Assembly (NCBI RefSeq): GCF_900167265.1
Contig: NZ_FUWT01000002.1
Coordinates: forward strand, 396,770 to 420,769
Reading direction: 5' to 3'
DNA from: Clostridium tetani
GTDB lineage: Bacteria > Bacillota > Clostridia > Clostridiales > Clostridiaceae
Length of the DNA: 24,000 bases
Both the position numbers and the translations under genes were made by a program. The notes under the pieces are model-generated. The model was given only the letters and a program-made list of their open reading frames with translations, was not told the origin of the DNA and made no database searches. Below, piece by piece: positions 1 to 8,984 of the stretch; position 1 is the first letter of the stretch, and each line of letters begins with the position of its first letter.

Positions 1-418
1 AAAAATAGAAAGAAGTGCTATTAAACATATTTTTAAAGAAAAGGGAGAAAACTACTTTAGAAAATTGGAAAGAGATTTATTAAATGATATAATAAAATTT
101 GATAAAAAAGTAGTTGCTACAGGTGGAGGATTGCCCATATTTTTCAACAATATGGACATATTAAATAAAAATGGTATTACTATTTTTTTAGATGTGCCAT
201 TGGAAGAACTTTTAAAACGAAATGAAAAAAATGACAATAGGCCTTTATTGGATAAAGAAAATAAATATGATAAATTAAAAGAAATATATAATTCTAGAAT
301 CCATATATATAATAAATGTAAAATTAAAGTGGAAAATTATAATATATCTGCCTATGAATTAAGCTATAAAATATTAGAAGAGATGAGAAATAAATACCAC
401 CATATTATTTGCAAATGA
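1..418 (+). CDS. aroK: Shikimate kinase, 5'-truncated by window edge
   Basis: The frame in phase with position 2 is open from the window edge (KIERSAIKHIFKEKGENYFRKLERDLL...), so the ORF-track TTG at 65 is internal. 'VVATGGGLPIF' and 'DNRPLL' resemble shikimate kinase lid and substrate motifs. It sits directly upstream of aroQ. Confidence 0.8.
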   Translation, partial: KIERSAIKHIFKEKGENYFRKLERDLLNDIIKFDKKVVATGGGLPIFFNNMDILNKNGITIFLDVPLEELLKRNEKNDNRPLLDKENKYDKLKEIYNSRIHIYNKCKIKVENYNISAYELSYKILEEMRNKYHHIICK

Positions 419-517
419 CCTTAGATTCTGATAAAATATCATTGTTAAGTAAATGGTTATTTGCCATATTAACTCCATGGAAGATAAGTTTCACTTGATT
501 GGAGATGTATAGTAATA

Positions 518-958
518 TTGCGTAAATTAAACATATTAATAATAAATGGACCAAATTTGAATTTATTGGGAATTAGGGAAAAAAATATATATGGGTCTAC
601 CACATTAGAAGATATGAATTCCACTATAATGAAGAATTTTGATGAGGATTTAGTTAAAATAAATTTTTATCAAAGCAATATAGAAGGGGAAATAGTTTCT
701 AAAATAGGTGATGCCCCAAAAGAATATAATGGAATAGTGATAAATCCAGCGGCGTATTCTCACTATAGTATAGCTATTTTAGATGCTATAAAGAGTATTA
801 ATATACCTGTAGTAGAAGTGCACATTTCTAATATCTATAAAAGAGAAGAATACAGAAGAAAAAGTGTTACAGGAGAAGGGTGCATTGGTGTTATCAGTGG
901 ATTTGGATATTATGGTTATATTATGGCTATTAACTACCTTTTAAAAAATATAAAGTAG
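518..958 (+). CDS. aroQ: 3-dehydroquinate dehydratase, type II
   Basis: 146 aa. 'INGPNLNLLGIREKNIYG' and 'HISNIYKREEYRRKS' are hallmark type II DHQase motifs. TTG start lies 12 nt after GGAGA (501..505). Confidence 0.9.
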   Translation: MRKLNILIINGPNLNLLGIREKNIYGSTTLEDMNSTIMKNFDEDLVKINFYQSNIEGEIVSKIGDAPKEYNGIVINPAAYSHYSIAILDAIKSINIPVVEVHISNIYKREEYRRKSVTGEGCIGVISGFGYYGYIMAINYLLKNIK

Positions 959-970
959 GTGAACCTATCT

Positions 971-2038
971 ATGTATTTAAAGAGATTGGAAAAATTAAGA
1001 GAAAAAATGCAAGAAAATTTAATAGACGGAATTTTACTTGTAGGAGATAGTAATAGAAACTATATTACTGGTTTCACAGGAGAGGAAAGCTTTGCATTAA
1101 TTACAAAAAAAGAAGCTATATTTATTACAGATTCAAGATACGTATCTCAAGCTAAAACAGAAGTGGAGAACTTTGAGATCATGGAGTATAAAATAGATAT
1201 ACATGAATTTGTAGCAAATCTAGCTGAAAAGTTATGTGTGAAAATGCTAGGATTTGAAGAAGATATAATAACTTATGGAGAGTATGAAAAATACAGAAAA
1301 AAGTTTAAAGGTGAATTAAAGCCTTTAAATGGAATCGTAGAAGAATTGAGAAGTATAAAAGACGAATTTGAAATTAAATGTATTAAAGAAGCAGCAAGTA
1401 TTGCTGATAAAGCCTTTGAAAATATTTTAAAAATTATTAAACCAAAGATTACAGAGAAGGATATAGCTTTAGAATTAGAGTATTTTATGAAGAAAATGGG
1501 TGCTAGTGATCTATCCTTTGACACTATAGTAGCATCAGGAAAGAGATCCTCTCTACCTCATGGTAGAGCAAGTTCTAAAGTTATTGAAGAAGGAGAATTT
1601 GTAACTTTAGATTTTGGTTGTATTTATAATGGCTATTGTTCAGATATGACTAGAACAATAGCAGTTGGAAGTATTTCAGAAGAAATGAAGAAAGTGTATG
1701 ACATAGTTTTAACTGCACAAAAAATGGCTATAGAAAAAATAAAACCTGGCGCAGTAGCTTCACACATAGATAAATATGCAAGAAATTATATAATTGAAAT
1801 GGGATATGGAAGATATTTTGGTCATGGTCTCGGTCACGGAGTTGGAAGAGATATTCATGAAGAACCAAGGCTTAGTCCAAAAGGAAATAAGACACTAAAA
1901 CCCGGCATGGTAGTAACTGATGAACCAGGTATATATATAGAAAATTCCTTTGGTGTAAGAATAGAAGATTTAATTCTTGTTACAGAAAATAGCTGTGAAA
2001 TAATAAGTAAATCACCAAAAGATTTAATTATTATTTAA
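971..2038 (+). CDS. Xaa-Pro aminopeptidase/dipeptidase, peptidase family M24B
   Basis: 'HGLGHGVGRDIHEEP', 'DEPGIY' and 'RIED' are M24 metal-ligand motifs, and there is an N-terminal creatinase-like domain. ATG 971 is preferred (AGGTGA 8 nt upstream) over the ORF-track GTG 959, which abuts the aroQ stop and has no RBS. Confidence 0.85.
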   Translation: MYLKRLEKLREKMQENLIDGILLVGDSNRNYITGFTGEESFALITKKEAIFITDSRYVSQAKTEVENFEIMEYKIDIHEFVANLAEKLCVKMLGFEEDIITYGEYEKYRKKFKGELKPLNGIVEELRSIKDEFEIKCIKEAASIADKAFENILKIIKPKITEKDIALELEYFMKKMGASDLSFDTIVASGKRSSLPHGRASSKVIEEGEFVTLDFGCIYNGYCSDMTRTIAVGSISEEMKKVYDIVLTAQKMAIEKIKPGAVASHIDKYARNYIIEMGYGRYFGHGLGHGVGRDIHEEPRLSPKGNKTLKPGMVVTDEPGIYIENSFGVRIEDLILVTENSCEIISKSPKDLIII

Positions 2039-2115
2039 AAAATAAATGGTATTAACTTACCTAATTAGGTTATAATATATAATGAATTTTATAAGTTTTG
2101 GAGGGATACATAAAA

Positions 2116-2673
2116 ATGATATCAGCAGGAGATTTAAGAAAAGGAAATACTTTTGAATTAGATGGACAAGTTTATACAGTTGTAGATTTTTTACATGTTA
2201 AACCTGGGAAAGGTGCGGCATTTGTAAGAACAAAACTAAGAAATGTTTTAAATGGAGGGCTTAAAGAAACTACTTTTAACCCTACAGAAAAATTTCAAGA
2301 AGCTGTTATAGAAAGAAAAGAAATGCAGTATCTATATACAGATGGTGAATTATATTATTTCATGGATCAACAAACTTTTGAACAAATTCCGCTAAACTTT
2401 GAACAAGTTGAAGGAGCTATAAAGTTTTTAAAAGAAAATATGTTTGCTATAATAAAATTCTACAAAGGAGAAGCTTTTTCAGTAGAAGCACCAAACTTTG
2501 TTGAATTACAAATTACTCATACAGATCCAGGGGCAAAAGGAAATACTGCTACAAATGTTATGAAACCAGCAACAGTAGAAACTGGAGCAGTAGTTCACGT
2601 TCCTCTATTTATAAATGAAGGGGATTCAATAAGAATAGATACAAGAACAGGGGAATATATGGAAAGAGTTTAG
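2116..2673 (+). CDS. efp: Translation elongation factor P
   Basis: '[16 protein letters not shown]' is the EF-P loop carrying the modified Lys, and length is ~185 aa. ATG 2116 lies 10 nt after GGAGGG (2100..2105); the ORF-track TTG 2098 overlaps that RBS. Confidence 0.95.
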   Translation: MISAGDLRKGNTFELDGQVYTVVDFLHVKPGKGAAFVRTKLRNVLNGGLKETTFNPTEKFQEAVIERKEMQYLYTDGELYYFMDQQTFEQIPLNFEQVEGAIKFLKENMFAIIKFYKGEAFSVEAPNFVELQITHTDPGAKGNTATNVMKPATVETGAVVHVPLFINEGDSIRIDTRTGEYMERV

Positions 2674-2696
2674 GCAATAATATAGATAAACTTAAA

Positions 2697-2735
2697 AGTA
2701 ATAAAGGCATACATTTTATGTATGTCTTTATTACT
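2697..2735 (+). terminator. Hairpin after efp (18-bp stem, 3-nt loop), likely intrinsic terminator
   Basis: agtaataaaggcatacat (2697..2714) pairs with atgtatgtctttattact (2718..2735) with one G:U. The T-rich tail is partly inside the stem, so it is not a textbook T-run. Confidence 0.45.
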
Positions 2736-2760
2736 AATAAAAATAGTGGAGGGTGATTAA

Positions 2761-3168
2761 ATGAGTTCTATTAAATCAAGAGTAGCTTATCTAAGTGGAT
2801 TAATTGATGGATTAGAAATCGAAAAGGGAAGTAAAGAAGGGAAGATAATAAGAGAAATAGTAGATATTTTAGAAGATATAGGAGAGGAGTTTGAGGATAT
2901 TCAAGAATCTCAAAGAGAAATTCAAGAATATGTAGATGCATTAGATGAAGATTTATCTTTGATGGAAGATGAAATATATGATGAAGATGATGACGATGAT
3001 TTTGATGAAGAGGACATAGAGAATTTTATAAATTTAAAATGCCCAAACTGTGATGAAACATTGTACATAGATACTGCAATAATTCACAGTAAGGATAAAA
3101 TACTTTGTCCAAATTGCCGTAAGAATATAGATATAGACGTAGATTGTAATTGTGATTGTTGTGAGTAA
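2761..3168 (+). CDS. Conserved hypothetical acidic protein with C-terminal zinc ribbon
   Basis: 135 aa, GGAGGG RBS at 2750..2755. The central region is extremely acidic (EDEIYDEDDDDDFDEEDIE). The C-terminus has CPNC-x19-CPNC and a Cys-rich tail CNCDCCE. Function unknown. Confidence 0.7.
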   Translation: MSSIKSRVAYLSGLIDGLEIEKGSKEGKIIREIVDILEDIGEEFEDIQESQREIQEYVDALDEDLSLMEDEIYDEDDDDDFDEEDIENFINLKCPNCDETLYIDTAIIHSKDKILCPNCRKNIDIDVDCNCDCCE

Positions 3169-3187
3169 TTAAAATTAAAGTATCTTA

Positions 3188-3267
3188 AAAGAGAGTTGAT
3201 TTTTATTATGGCATTGAAAGACCATAGGTTTTTCAATGTCATAATTTTTATCAGCTCTCTTTTTTTA
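3188..3267 (+). terminator. Long imperfect hairpin (~33-nt arms) followed by a T-run
   Basis: aaaagagagttgatttttattatggcattgaaa (3188..3220) pairs with tttcaatgtcataatttttatcagctctctttt. The arms are interrupted by a tttt/tttt internal loop and G:U pairs. The hairpin is followed by ttttttatttttt. Confidence 0.5.
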
Positions 3268-3274
3268 TTTTTTA

Positions 3275-3304
3275 GTCATATTTTTCCTATTTTATAAATA
3301 ACTT
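3275..3304 (+). promoter_or_regulatory. Putative sigma-E-type promoter for the spoIIIA operon
   Basis: GTCATATT (3275..3282) matches the sigma-E -35 consensus (kcATATT). The downstream ATAAATAACT is only a partial match to CATACA-T. The position is as expected from B. subtilis spoIIIA regulation. Judged by eye only. Confidence 0.3.
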
Positions 3305-3327
3305 TTATATAAGAAAGGAGGGATAGG

Positions 3328-4239
3328 ATGATGGAGGAAAAAGAAATTTTGGAGATATTACCAAGTGAAATAAAAAAACAATTAAATGCACTTAATTTTA
3401 AGAACCTTCAAGAAATAAGAATTAGATCTCAAAAGCCAATAATAGTTAAAGATGGGGCTTGTGAGATTGTAACAGATTATATTGCAACATTAGAAGAAGT
3501 GGGAAGCATTGTTAAAAGAATGAGTAGCTATTCTATATATGCCTATGATGATGAAATTAAACAGGGATATATAACTATTAATGGAGGTCATAGAGTAGGG
3601 ATATGTGGCAAATGTGTTGTGGAAGGAGAAAAAGTTAAAACTATTAAGTACCCTGCATCATTGAATATAAGAATATGCAGAGAGGTTGCGGGATGCTCTG
3701 ATAAAATATTACCCTATATTTTAAAAAGTTCTATGGTGGAAAATACCATAATAATCTCACCTCCAAATTGTGGGAAGACTACTCTTTTAAGAGATATTGC
3801 AAAAAAATTATCTAATGGAATAAGCAAATTAGATTTAAAGGGAATGAAGGTATGTGTAATAGATGAAAGAAGTGAAATAGCTTCTTGTGTCAATGGAGTA
3901 CCTCAATTAAATTTAGGACTTAGAACAGATGTATTAGATAGTTGCCCTAAAAGTCAGGGAATAATGATGGCTATAAGAAGTATGTCTCCAGATGTAATTG
4001 TATGTGATGAAATAGGAAGTACAGAGGATATAGAAAGCATAATAAAGGCTATGAACTCAGGAGTAAAACTTATTACAACAGTACATGGATATGATGTCAA
4101 AGACATATATGAAAGAGAAGTTTTTAAAGGAGCAATAGAAAACAAAGTATTTCAAAAGGCTATAGTTTTAAGTAGTAGAAAAGGTGTAGGCACAGTTGAG
4201 TACATATATAGTTTCGAAGAAAAAAATATAATATATTAG
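3328..4239 (+). CDS. spoIIIAA: Stage III sporulation protein AA (ATPase)
   Basis: 303 aa with Walker A 'SPPNCGKTTLLRD' and Walker B-like 'VIVCDEIG'. It is the first gene of an 8-gene cluster with spoIIIA sizes and order. AGGAGG at 3316..3321. Confidence 0.9.
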   Translation: MMEEKEILEILPSEIKKQLNALNFKNLQEIRIRSQKPIIVKDGACEIVTDYIATLEEVGSIVKRMSSYSIYAYDDEIKQGYITINGGHRVGICGKCVVEGEKVKTIKYPASLNIRICREVAGCSDKILPYILKSSMVENTIIISPPNCGKTTLLRDIAKKLSNGISKLDLKGMKVCVIDERSEIASCVNGVPQLNLGLRTDVLDSCPKSQGIMMAIRSMSPDVIVCDEIGSTEDIESIIKAMNSGVKLITTVHGYDVKDIYEREVFKGAIENKVFQKAIVLSSRKGVGTVEYIYSFEEKNIIY

Positions 4240-4255
4240 GGTTAATAGGGTTAAA

Positions 4256-4777
4256 ATGTATTATAAATTATTAGGAGCGTTATTAACTATAGCCTCTTCT
4301 ACTGCTATAGGATTTTTGTATAGTAATAAGTTTAAAAAAAGAGTTTATCAACTTAAAAGCATAGAAAGAGCTGTATATGAAATTAAAAATGAAATTTTAT
4401 ATACCTATACTCCATTACCAGAGCTATTTTCTAAAACCTCAGAAAAAAGTTCTTTTCCTATAAATAAGCTATTTGAATCCATAAGTAATTTACTTAAAAC
4501 AAATGCTGTAAATAGTGTTTATGAAGCTTTTATTAAAGGCTTTCAAAAAGTTGAAGATAAAATGGAATTAAAAAAAGAGGATAAGGATCTAATTTTAAAT
4601 TTAGCTAAAACTTTTGGTGAATCTGATGTACAAGGACATATGAACATAATTTCTTTAACACTAGAAGGATTAAAAAAGCAAATCACCGAAGGGGAGATAG
4701 CTATGAAAAAAAACATTAAAATGTACAGATATTTAGGTTTTACCATAGGAATGATGATAGTTATTACTCTGTTCTAG
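4256..4777 (+). CDS. spoIIIAB: Stage III sporulation protein AB
   Basis: 173 aa with N- and C-terminal hydrophobic segments flanking a soluble domain. It occupies the second position of the spoIIIA cluster. Confidence 0.8.
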   Translation: MYYKLLGALLTIASSTAIGFLYSNKFKKRVYQLKSIERAVYEIKNEILYTYTPLPELFSKTSEKSSFPINKLFESISNLLKTNAVNSVYEAFIKGFQKVEDKMELKKEDKDLILNLAKTFGESDVQGHMNIISLTLEGLKKQITEGEIAMKKNIKMYRYLGFTIGMMIVITLF

Positions 4778-4789
4778 GGGGGAGAAAAA

Positions 4790-4987
4790 ATGTTGGATAT
4801 AAATCTTATCTTTAAAATAGGTGCTGTAAGTATATTAATAATTATATTAGATAAAATATTAAAAACTAGCGGATATGATGATTATGCAGTTATCACAAAT
4901 CTTGCAGGCATTGTGATTATACTTATGATGGTAATAAATTTAATAAATAAGTTGTTTAATGCTGTAAGAACAATGTTTTGGCTTTAG
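4790..4987 (+). CDS. spoIIIAC: Stage III sporulation protein AC
   Basis: 65 aa with two hydrophobic helices, a GGGGAG RBS, and the third position of the cluster. Confidence 0.8.
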   Translation: MLDINLIFKIGAVSILIIILDKILKTSGYDDYAVITNLAGIVIILMMVINLINKLFNAVRTMFWL

Positions 4988-4996
4988 GAGGAAAAC

Positions 4997-5383
4997 ATGG
5001 ACATTGTAAAGGTTGTAGCTTTTGCTTTTGGAGCACTATTTATTACCTTAGTAGCAAGAGAAAGTAAAAGAGAGGATTTGGCTGTACAGATAAGTATATG
5101 TGCAGGAATACTTATTTTCTTATTTATGATGGATAAGATAACTGCAATAGTAAACTTTCTACAAAAATTATCGTTAAAAGCTAATATAGACTTTGTGTAT
5201 TTAACTACGGTATTTAAGATATTAGGAATTGCATATTTGGCATCCTTTTGCAGTGAAATATGTAAAGATGCAGGGCAGGGAAGTATCGCTGCGAAAGTAG
5301 AATTTGCAGGAAAAATACTTATATTACTACTTGCAATACCAATATTAATGGCTGTTTTACAATCAATTTTCAAAATAATGTAA
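4997..5383 (+). CDS. spoIIIAD: Stage III sporulation protein AD
   Basis: 128-aa polytopic membrane protein with a GGAGG RBS, in the fourth position of the cluster. Confidence 0.8.
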   Translation: MDIVKVVAFAFGALFITLVARESKREDLAVQISICAGILIFLFMMDKITAIVNFLQKLSLKANIDFVYLTTVFKILGIAYLASFCSEICKDAGQGSIAAKVEFAGKILILLLAIPILMAVLQSIFKIM

Positions 5384-5393
5384 GGAGAGAAAG

Positions 5394-6554
5394 ATGAGAA
5401 AATGGAAATTTATTATTTTAATTATACTGCTCTTTACGCTGATTTTTAATTCTAATGTACAAGCGTCTATGGATGAGGTTTCAGATATTAAAGAAAGTAA
5501 AGAAATAGAGGAACTTTATGATTATATAAGCAATATGAAAAGTGAATATGAAATTTTAAATGATATGAATGTTAGAAAATATATAGAGAGTTCGATGAAA
5601 ACAGGTGAAGGAGATATATCCATAAAAAAAATAGGGAAAGCACTTGTAGGATTTCTATTTAAAGAATTGGCAACTTCTATAAAACTTATGTCCATAATAG
5701 TGATAATAGCAATTATATGCACCTTAATAACCAATTTAGAAATGGCTTTTAGTAATGAAAGTCTATCAAATATTGCATATTTTGCTTGCTATTCTCTACT
5801 AATCGTGATAATGGCACGAAGTTTTTATTTAGGAGTTGATTTAGCTAGAATTACTATAGAAAGAATGTCCAATTTTATGTTAATTTTAATACCGGTACTA
5901 ATTATGATTTTATTTAGTGTAGGTGGGGTTGCAGAGGCGGCAGTAATGGATCCAGTTATTATAGTTTCCATAAATGTAGCTTCTAAAATATTTGCTAAAA
6001 TATTAATACCTCTAATTTCAATGGTGTTTGTATTACAATTTGTAAACAATATTACAGAAGAATATAAAATAGATAAATTAACTAAATTATTAAATCAAAT
6101 TGCCCTATGGGGGCAAGGTATATTGATGACTGTTTTTATAGGAATTATGACCATAAGAGGAATAACATCGAAGACCTTAGATAAAGTAGTTGCAAAAACT
6201 GCAAAATACGCTGTAGACAATTTTATTCCTGTAGTTGGTAAATGTTTATCTGATGCAGTATCAACTGTGGCAGGTTACTCTGTACTCTTAAAGGATGCTA
6301 TAAGTGGACTAGGATTAATTATGTTAATTGTAATGGTGAGTTTTCCTACTATAAAGCTTTTGATAAATGCCTTTGTATATAAGCTAACAGCAGCTTTAAT
6401 AGAGCCTATTGGAGATAAGAGGCTTATAAATTCTATTAGCTCAGCAGGGGATTCTCTTATTTTGATAAGTTCTTGTGTTATATGTGTATCTATAATGTTT
6501 TTTATAATGATATCTATTATAGCAGCAGCAGGGAAGGTGGCTATAGGAGGATGA
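5394..6554 (+). CDS. spoIIIAE: Stage III sporulation protein AE
   Basis: 386 aa with an N-terminal signal-like segment ending 'VQAS' followed by multiple TM helices. Size and position match SpoIIIAE. Confidence 0.85.
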   Translation: MRKWKFIILIILLFTLIFNSNVQASMDEVSDIKESKEIEELYDYISNMKSEYEILNDMNVRKYIESSMKTGEGDISIKKIGKALVGFLFKELATSIKLMSIIVIIAIICTLITNLEMAFSNESLSNIAYFACYSLLIVIMARSFYLGVDLARITIERMSNFMLILIPVLIMILFSVGGVAEAAVMDPVIIVSINVASKIFAKILIPLISMVFVLQFVNNITEEYKIDKLTKLLNQIALWGQGILMTVFIGIMTIRGITSKTLDKVVAKTAKYAVDNFIPVVGKCLSDAVSTVAGYSVLLKDAISGLGLIMLIVMVSFPTIKLLINAFVYKLTAALIEPIGDKRLINSISSAGDSLILISSCVICVSIMFFIMISIIAAAGKVAIGG

Positions 6555-6558
6555 TTAT

Positions 6559-7140
6559 ATGTTCTTAAAGTTTTTAAGGAGTTGGATTGTAAATATAGCT
6601 ACAGTAGTTTTATTTATAACAGCAGTAGAAATGTTACTACCTAATAATAATTTAAAGAAATATTCAAAATTTGTTATGGGATTAATTTTAATGGTAACTT
6701 TAATTAATCCTCTAATAAAATTAATAGATAAAGATTTTAACATAAATAAATATTCCTATGAATTTTCTAAAGGAATAGATCATGAAGAATCAAAAGAAAG
6801 TTTTTTTCAATATAAAGAAAAAAATATAGAAAGAACTAAAGAAAATTTCAATAAAAACTTACAAGAAGTAGTAGATAAAAAGCTAAAAAATAAATTTCCC
6901 AAGGGTAAGTTTAAAGTAGATACAAAAGTTGAATTCAATGAAGAAGATAATAATTTTACTATAGAAGGCATAAAGGTTGGGTTTAAAGATAAAAGGGTGG
7001 AAAAAGTTAAAAAAGTCCAGGTGAGTATAAATGAAAATGATAATAATTCAGAAGAAGATGAACTATCAAAGAATATAAGAAATTATTTAAGTGAAGAATT
7101 GGAACTTTCAAAGGATATAATTTCAGTAAATAAAATGTGA
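6559..7140 (+). CDS. spoIIIAF: Stage III sporulation protein AF
   Basis: The N-terminus 'WIVNIATVVLFITAVEMLLPNNNLKKYSKFVMGLILMVTLINPLIKL' closely resembles the SpoIIIAF N-terminal TM pair (compare B. subtilis 'DMLLPSSSMQKYAKMV'). Confidence 0.8.
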   Translation: MFLKFLRSWIVNIATVVLFITAVEMLLPNNNLKKYSKFVMGLILMVTLINPLIKLIDKDFNINKYSYEFSKGIDHEESKESFFQYKEKNIERTKENFNKNLQEVVDKKLKNKFPKGKFKVDTKVEFNEEDNNFTIEGIKVGFKDKRVEKVKKVQVSINENDNNSEEDELSKNIRNYLSEELELSKDIISVNKM

Positions 7141-7151
7141 GGAGGGAAAAT

Positions 7152-7769
7152 ATGAATTTAAAAAAACTATTGGAGAAAATCAAGGAAGACTTTGAGAAGA
7201 AGGGTTCTAAAAATATAAAAGCAAATCTACTTATAGTTTTTTTAATAGGTGTTTTAATACTAGTTACTTCTAGTTTCTTTAAAAGTAGTAGTACTATAGG
7301 AAAAGAAGAAGCAGAAGATAATAAAGAAATAGAAGAAGTTCAGGGAGAAGTATCTATAAAAGATATTAATAGAAATAAAGAAAAGCAATTAGGAATAGAA
7401 TTAAAGCAAATACTAGAAAAAACAGAAGGCATAGGAAATGTAGATGTTATGTTGTATTTTTCAGAAGGTGAGGAACAAGTGCCGGCCTTTAACATAAACG
7501 ACTCCACTAATTCAACAGAAGAAACGGATAATGAAGGTGGGAGAAGAAAAACAACACAAAAAAATAATGGGAATACAGTAGTTACCACCAATAAAGGAGA
7601 GAAGACAGAACCTTTAATACTAAAAACTAAAAAGCCTGAAATAACTGGTGTGCTAATAGTAGCAGAAGGGGCTGAGAATAAATTAACAGAGTATAGAATT
7701 AAAAAGGCGGTTATAAATTTATTTAATATACCAGAAAATAAGGTAAATGTATATCCTATGAAAAAATAG
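7152..7769 (+). CDS. spoIIIAG: Stage III sporulation protein AG
   Basis: One N-terminal TM segment and a C-terminal 'ITGVLIVAEGAENKL...NIPENKVNVYPMK' typical of SpoIIIAG. ATG 7152 follows GAGGAGGG (7139..7146); the ORF-track start 7137 overlaps that RBS. Confidence 0.8.
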   Translation: MNLKKLLEKIKEDFEKKGSKNIKANLLIVFLIGVLILVTSSFFKSSSTIGKEEAEDNKEIEEVQGEVSIKDINRNKEKQLGIELKQILEKTEGIGNVDVMLYFSEGEEQVPAFNINDSTNSTEETDNEGGRRKTTQKNNGNTVVTTNKGEKTEPLILKTKKPEITGVLIVAEGAENKLTEYRIKKAVINLFNIPENKVNVYPMKK

Positions 7770-7827
7770 TATATATTTTAAATTAAAAGCATATAATTTT
7801 GTAGAAGAATAGATAGGGGGAATTTTC

Positions 7828-8337
7828 ATGAATAAAAAACAAGCTGCAATTATTACGACTTTAGTAGCTCTTATAGTTTGTATGGGACTTCTAGCAACTT
7901 GGCTTAATAATCCACTTTATGTACAAGAAGGTGGAGATAAACCTGCAATAACTTTTAAAAATGTTGGCAATAAGAAAAAAGAAGTGGAGACTGGTAATTA
8001 CTTTGCAGAAGCTAAATTAGTAAGAGACAATAAGCATAATAGTACATTACAAAATTTTAAGAGTATAATGGAAGACAAGAACATATCTCAAGAACAAAGG
8101 GATAAAACTGCTAATAAGTATGCATCTTTAGCTCTAGCAGTTAGCCAAGAAAATAAAGTAGAGTTAACACTTCAAGCTAAAGGCTATGAGGATGCAGTTT
8201 GTCTTATAGGAGACAATAGGGCCAATGTAGTAGTAAAGGCTAAGGATAAATTAACAGATAAGCAATTAAAAGAAATTCAAAGTGTAGTTGTAAATGAATG
8301 TAAAATAAAAGATGTTGAAATTCATACAAAGGAATAG
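7828..8337 (+). CDS. spoIIIAH: Stage III sporulation protein AH
   Basis: 169 aa with an N-terminal TM anchor (AAIITTLVALIVCMGLLATWL) and a soluble C-terminal domain. It is the last gene of the spoIIIA cluster. Confidence 0.75.
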   Translation: MNKKQAAIITTLVALIVCMGLLATWLNNPLYVQEGGDKPAITFKNVGNKKKEVETGNYFAEAKLVRDNKHNSTLQNFKSIMEDKNISQEQRDKTANKYASLALAVSQENKVELTLQAKGYEDAVCLIGDNRANVVVKAKDKLTDKQLKEIQSVVVNECKIKDVEIHTKE

Positions 8338-8346
8338 CTAGATTAA

Positions 8347-8375
8347 TTGTAAAAGAAAATGGTATTTGATATAAT
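8347..8375 (+). promoter_or_regulatory. Sigma-A-type promoter with extended -10, upstream of the asp23-family gene
   Basis: TTGTAA (8347..8352), 17-nt spacer, then TATAAT (8370..8375) preceded by TG at 8367..8368 (TGaTATAAT). Confidence 0.5.
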
Positions 8376-8439
8376 ATATGATAAGATATAGAAAAACCTT
8401 TTACTAGTGTAGAAGACGATGAACTAGGGGGTAGAAAGT

Positions 8440-8835
8440 ATGGAAAAAAACACAAAAAAAGATGTGGATATGGGTATAGTGAAAATATCAGATGAAGTGG
8501 TAGGAGTAATAGCAGGTCTTGCAACTACAGAAATTGAAGGAATAGCTGGCATGAGTGCAGGTCCTGTAGAGGGAATAACTCAAATTCTAACAGGAAAGAA
8601 AAATCTATCAAAGGGAGTTAAAGTAACTGTTGGAGAAAATAGTGCAACTATAGATTTATATCTAGTAGTAGAGTATGGTATAAATATTCCAGAAGTTGCA
8701 TTAGGAGTTCAAGAAAATGTTAAAAAAGCGGTAGAATCCATGACAGGTTTAAATGTATCAGATATAAATATTCATGTTCAAAATGTAATTATTCCAAAAT
8801 TAGAACAAGATTCCATAGAAGAACCTGAAGAGTAA
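8440..8835 (+). CDS. Asp23/Gls24-family alkaline shock protein
   Basis: 'KISDEVVGVIAGLATTEIEGIAGM' and 'VVEYGINIPEVA..VQENVKKAVE' match the Asp23/DUF322 family. Same position as yqhY upstream of nusB in Bacillus. Confidence 0.85.
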   Translation: MEKNTKKDVDMGIVKISDEVVGVIAGLATTEIEGIAGMSAGPVEGITQILTGKKNLSKGVKVTVGENSATIDLYLVVEYGINIPEVALGVQENVKKAVESMTGLNVSDINIHVQNVIIPKLEQDSIEEPEE

Positions 8836-8841
8836 AAAAAC

Positions 8842-8875
8842 CACCCTCTGATTTCAGAGGGTGTTTCCATTTTGT
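8842..8875 (+). terminator. Rho-independent terminator after the asp23-family gene
   Basis: caccctctg (8842..8850) pairs with cagagggtg (8855..8863). The stem is GC-rich with a 4-nt loop and is followed by tttccatttt. Confidence 0.7.
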
Positions 8876-8984
8876 AAATAAATTAGTATAATGGATAAAG
8901 TGAAACTTAGTTTAGATGGATTTTTTGACGCTATCTGAGCTTTAGATAATAATCTTAAAATGAAGGAAAAATAGGAGGAAAACT

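Noticed and set aside
2980-3010. GAT/GAA-rich tandem-looking repeat.
   Set aside because: It is the in-frame poly-Asp/Glu tract of the acidic zinc-ribbon ORF, not a non-coding microsatellite.
4984-5373. 129-aa minus-strand ORF antisense to spoIIIAD. Similar antisense ORFs lie at 9053..9526, 13694..13981, 20093..20407, 21640..21960, 1273..1524 and elsewhere.
   Set aside because: Each lies fully inside a well-supported + strand gene, lacks an RBS, and has the low-complexity Ser/Ile/Phe/Leu-rich composition typical of the antisense frame of AT-rich coding DNA.
8240-8524. 94-aa minus-strand ORF bridging the spoIIIAH end, the intergenic promoter region and the asp23-family start.
   Set aside because: It has a Leu/Pro/Phe/Ser low-complexity sequence and overlaps two supported genes and a strong + strand promoter. 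There are no translation signals.
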